This document shows, piece by piece, positions 60,775 through 64,000 of a DNA stretch of 64,000 bases. Position 1 is the first letter of the stretch. Each line of letters begins with the position of its first letter. The notes below the pieces were generated by a model, which saw only the letters and a list, made by a program, of their open reading frames with translations, did no database searches and was not told where the DNA came from. The DNA is from Callorhinchus milii (taxonomy: Eukaryota). A program made the position numbers and the translations under genes. The stretch spans positions 30,506,001 to 30,570,000 of the forward strand of contig NW_024704742.1 of NCBI RefSeq assembly GCF_018977255.1. The letters run 5' to 3'.

Positions 60775-62067
60775 GTGTAACCTATCCCTTCCTTGAACCT
60801 CGCCTCTTTCACTTTCCTCATCTATATGCTCCCTCTTGGCGATGTCATCGGCAGATACAGGGTATAAATTTCCACATGTAAGCGGATGACACAGAAATCT
60901 AATTTGCCTCCTCCAGTACGGGTCCACCGATGTTCTATCAGCTTGTCTAGCAGACATCAGGGCCTGGAGGCAAACTTCTTGCAGCTGAATGTGGACAAGG
61001 CGGAAGCCATACTCCTGTCAACGTCTTCACACCTGCGGATCTGAACTCCTCAACCTTCCTGGGCTCTCCTTCAGACTCACCGAACCAGTGCCGATCCAGG
61101 CATCTGGTTCGACCTCCAGCTATCCTTCCTCCCCCACATCCAGTCCCTGACGAGGACCACCTTCCTCTACGTCTGCCACATTGCCCGCCGCCGACCGTAC
61201 CTTACCCCAAATGCAGCCGAAACCCTCATGCGTGCGTTTGTCACCTCCCGCCTGGATTACTGAAACGCACTCCTTGCTGGTCTGCCTAGCTCCACTATTC
61301 AAAAGATCCAGCTCATTCAGAACTCAGCTGCCACATACTGACCCGGACCAAACTGCGTACCCCCATCACACCAGTTCTGGCCAGGCTTCATTGGCTCCCC
61401 ATCACCGAATGCATCAACTTCAAGATCCTCACACTTGGCACACATTCCATATATAGGTATAATGCTCCAATCACAATGCTGTAATTAAGTTTTGTGCCTA
61501 CCACTCTAATACCACTCTAATACCACCCCCTTCTCACTGTCTCTCATATCCCTAACTCGGCCTCTTTAACTGTCCTAATATGAACTTGTTATTCAGTTAC
61601 TCTTTCCTGTCTTTGTTCGCCATCCTTGGGCAGCTATCTGGTCCATTCCAGTTTAACCTACTCTATGCTGATTATAAAACCACAAGCCTGAACAGTTTTT
61701 GTACAGAGTCACTATCGGGCATTAACTGTTGCTCTCCTTCACTCCCCAGTCCAATAGCCATCACTTCTCGGCCCCTCTGCTCGACTAGAACCGGCCTCCT
61801 GCTTGTCCCTCGCACCCTCCGCTCTACCATTGGAGGTCGGGCTTTCAGCCACTACGCTCTGAAGCTCTGGAACACTCTCCCTCAATCCCTCCGCATTTGC
61901 CTCCTCTCTCCCCTTTTTCAAGTCCCGCCTGAAAACTTTCCTCGTCGACTGTGCTTGCGGTCACCTCACCAACCCTCCCCAGCTCGGAGTCAGGCTCCAC
62001 TACTGTTGAGAGCTGTGAGACGCCACCCTCAGTGGAGGGCACAATATAAGCGCAAGTTGTTTTTGTA
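60775..62067 (+). mobile_element. L2 LINE fragment split by a ~330 bp non-L2 segment (61437-61764)
   Basis: Degenerate xADD region near 60880, LQLNVDK and AETLMRAFVTSRLDY; L2 resumes at ~61765 with STIGGRAFSHYALKLWNTLP and a tail. Confidence 0.85.
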
Positions 62068-63099
62068 GCCCTGAGGGAGCCCGGGCTGTTCAGATGAGAT
62101 TATGTAAGGCTGACTATATAGATGGGGTAAAGGTTACCTGCTCTTACGATCAAGATTTTGTTGAGTAATTTGCTTGCTTCATGTCAGGGAAATTCAGCTG
62201 TGCTCAGTACAGTGCATCGTTTGTTACAATAGTGTGCAAGACTGCTTCAGTGATGGCAACACTTCACGCACACTGAACTGTCAAGGTGCCCAACAGGGCT
62301 ATCTGTTAACTGCCAGGGCTGTGTCAGTGGATTTAAAACTGATGGAACATAGCAATGTAAAGGATGGCACAGAGTCCCAACCAGTTTTTGTCCTCGTGTT
62401 GCCTTGATTAATCGGTGCAGTACCAGTATGCCTGTCATCATGGTAACTGCCTTTACCTTTGACACAAAACAGCCTCACACAAAACTGGAATGACTTATTA
62501 CCCCCTCTCTCTGCTCCCATCTGCAGAAATAACTCATGGATATTAGCAGCCCTTCTATTTATTGGCTACGTTTACTGTGACTCTGCACACCACTAACTGT
62601 AAAGGTTAACGTTTTTGCTTCTCCGACTTCGTTTATTCTCGTCTCACGGAGATTATTTTTAGAACGCCTCTGGCAGTTTCTTAACCCATGTATATCGCAT
62701 GTTTTATTATTATTAATAATCTGTGCATTTGATACAGCACCATTCACATTAGGTAGGCGTCTCACAGAGCTTCACTGGAAATTCTGTATTTATAGGCGAA
62801 AGCGGCAGTCAATTTTTGCACAGCAATATTCCACAGACAGCTATGAAGTAAATAGGCAGTGATTTGGTGTGAACCGTACAGTCAAACTTGGTGCTGGAGG
62901 TCTGCTCCTCCTGGGACAACCTGAAAGCGGTGCTTGGATTCACTGCCACATTACAAACACAAAGGAGACACTCGAAAAAGTGATCATCGGGGAGACAGTA
63001 GAGATCACTTCAGAGCTGAATTCTCATGTGTCAGCATGACATACATAGAGCTCCCTGGAGAAGGAAACCATGTCCAGTGCGATTGCCATATACACTGTC

Positions 63100-63900
63100 G
63101 TTTTCCTGATGATGAGTGCTTTTTCAATCCCCAGTGACAATTGACTAAGTCTTTGCTCCCCCAAGGTACATATTTACTCCTGGATGGGATAGAAGTTTCC
63201 ATGGGAGAGCAAGAAAAAGTCCAACAGATTTTAGTTGACTCATCACTCGACATGCCCAAACAGTGCGAGACACCGATAGCAAAGACAAATAGGATGCTGG
63301 GCTATAATTGCCAAATCAGTTGAGCTCAAATCGTTCTCAAGAAGAACTCTTTCTCAAACATTACATTAGCCAAAACCTGGATTACTATGTCCCTCTCTGG
63401 TTTGCCCTAAAGGTGATACAGAGGTAAAGACTGAGACTGATCCCCAGTGTTTAGATGGATAAGCTATCAGAATCACCCAGATAAGATAAAGGGCTCTTCA
63501 TCCTTGAAAACAGACAACTCAAGGGAGCTTTACAGAGATATAACGTGATTTGTGGGACGTTGTTATATTCAAATTGGTTGCTGCATTTGCCTACAAAATA
63601 CATAGTCACTGCACTGTAAAACCCTGTGAAGCATTTTGAGACAATCTCCAATGTGAAAGGTGCTATATCAAATGCGAGAATTATTATTAATGGGATTGAG
63701 ACAGTAAACCCAGAACAATAGCTTCAGATAGCCAAAATAGCAAGACAAGGGGGCAAGATTCAGGGTTGTGAAAGACCGTTTATGATTAACATCAGGAAGT
63801 GTTCGATCCTCACAAGGACTAAGTTATCAGGATGGGTGTTGGAAGCAGGAGACTATTATAACAAGGTTAATATATATGAATTATGGACAAGAACTGTCAC
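63100..63900 (+). mobile_element. Old degenerate CR1 RT/3' fragment interrupted by a SINE tail (63545-63690)
   Basis: Frame VDSSLDMPKQCETPIAKTNRMLGY resembles the CR1 V..SL..S.QC..A..KANRMLG region; CR1-like 3' end near 63860-63915. Confidence 0.6.
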
Positions 63901-64000
63901 AGGCCTTCCGTCCCTTAATATTTTGTCACTTAATTTTAATTTATAATTCAGAGATAGAACTTCAGACAGGTTCCATGAAGAATTGTTAAAAGTAGATAAA

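Noticed and set aside
1..64000. CRISPR array, operons or other prokaryotic defence systems
   Set aside because: Repeats are dispersed retroposons on both strands with no repeat-spacer periodicity; the sequence is spliceosomal vertebrate DNA.

Overview
Repeat-dense vertebrate genomic DNA, not prokaryotic. The SINE/L2/CR1 repertoire points to a cartilaginous fish, probably a chimaera (inference). The window appears to lie inside INPP4B (inositol polyphosphate 4-phosphatase type II) on the minus strand. Two short C2-domain coding exons missed by the ORF track have canonical AG/GT boundaries: 52832-52948 ([39 protein letters not shown]) and 22085-22164 (RSFLGSATFVVGDLLKSEEQTLTINL). The rest is intronic. 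It holds dozens of copies of two tRNA-headed SINE families sharing an L2-type 3' tail, a third older repeat family, many truncated L2 and CR1 LINE fragments, simple repeats, several 75-180 bp hairpins and repeat-free islands that may be conserved non-coding elements. Nearly all ORFs in the track are spurious or decayed retroelement frames. Best leads: a frame-preserving 9-nt (or 3-nt) microexon candidate with downstream TGCATG motifs, a 'skeletonised' SINE inside a CR1 that looks like a collapsed heterozygous insertion, and stem-loop covariation between SINE and L2 tails. I see no convincing wholly new system. Repeat boundaries are approximate, and family and gene assignments rest on recalled sequences, not database searches.
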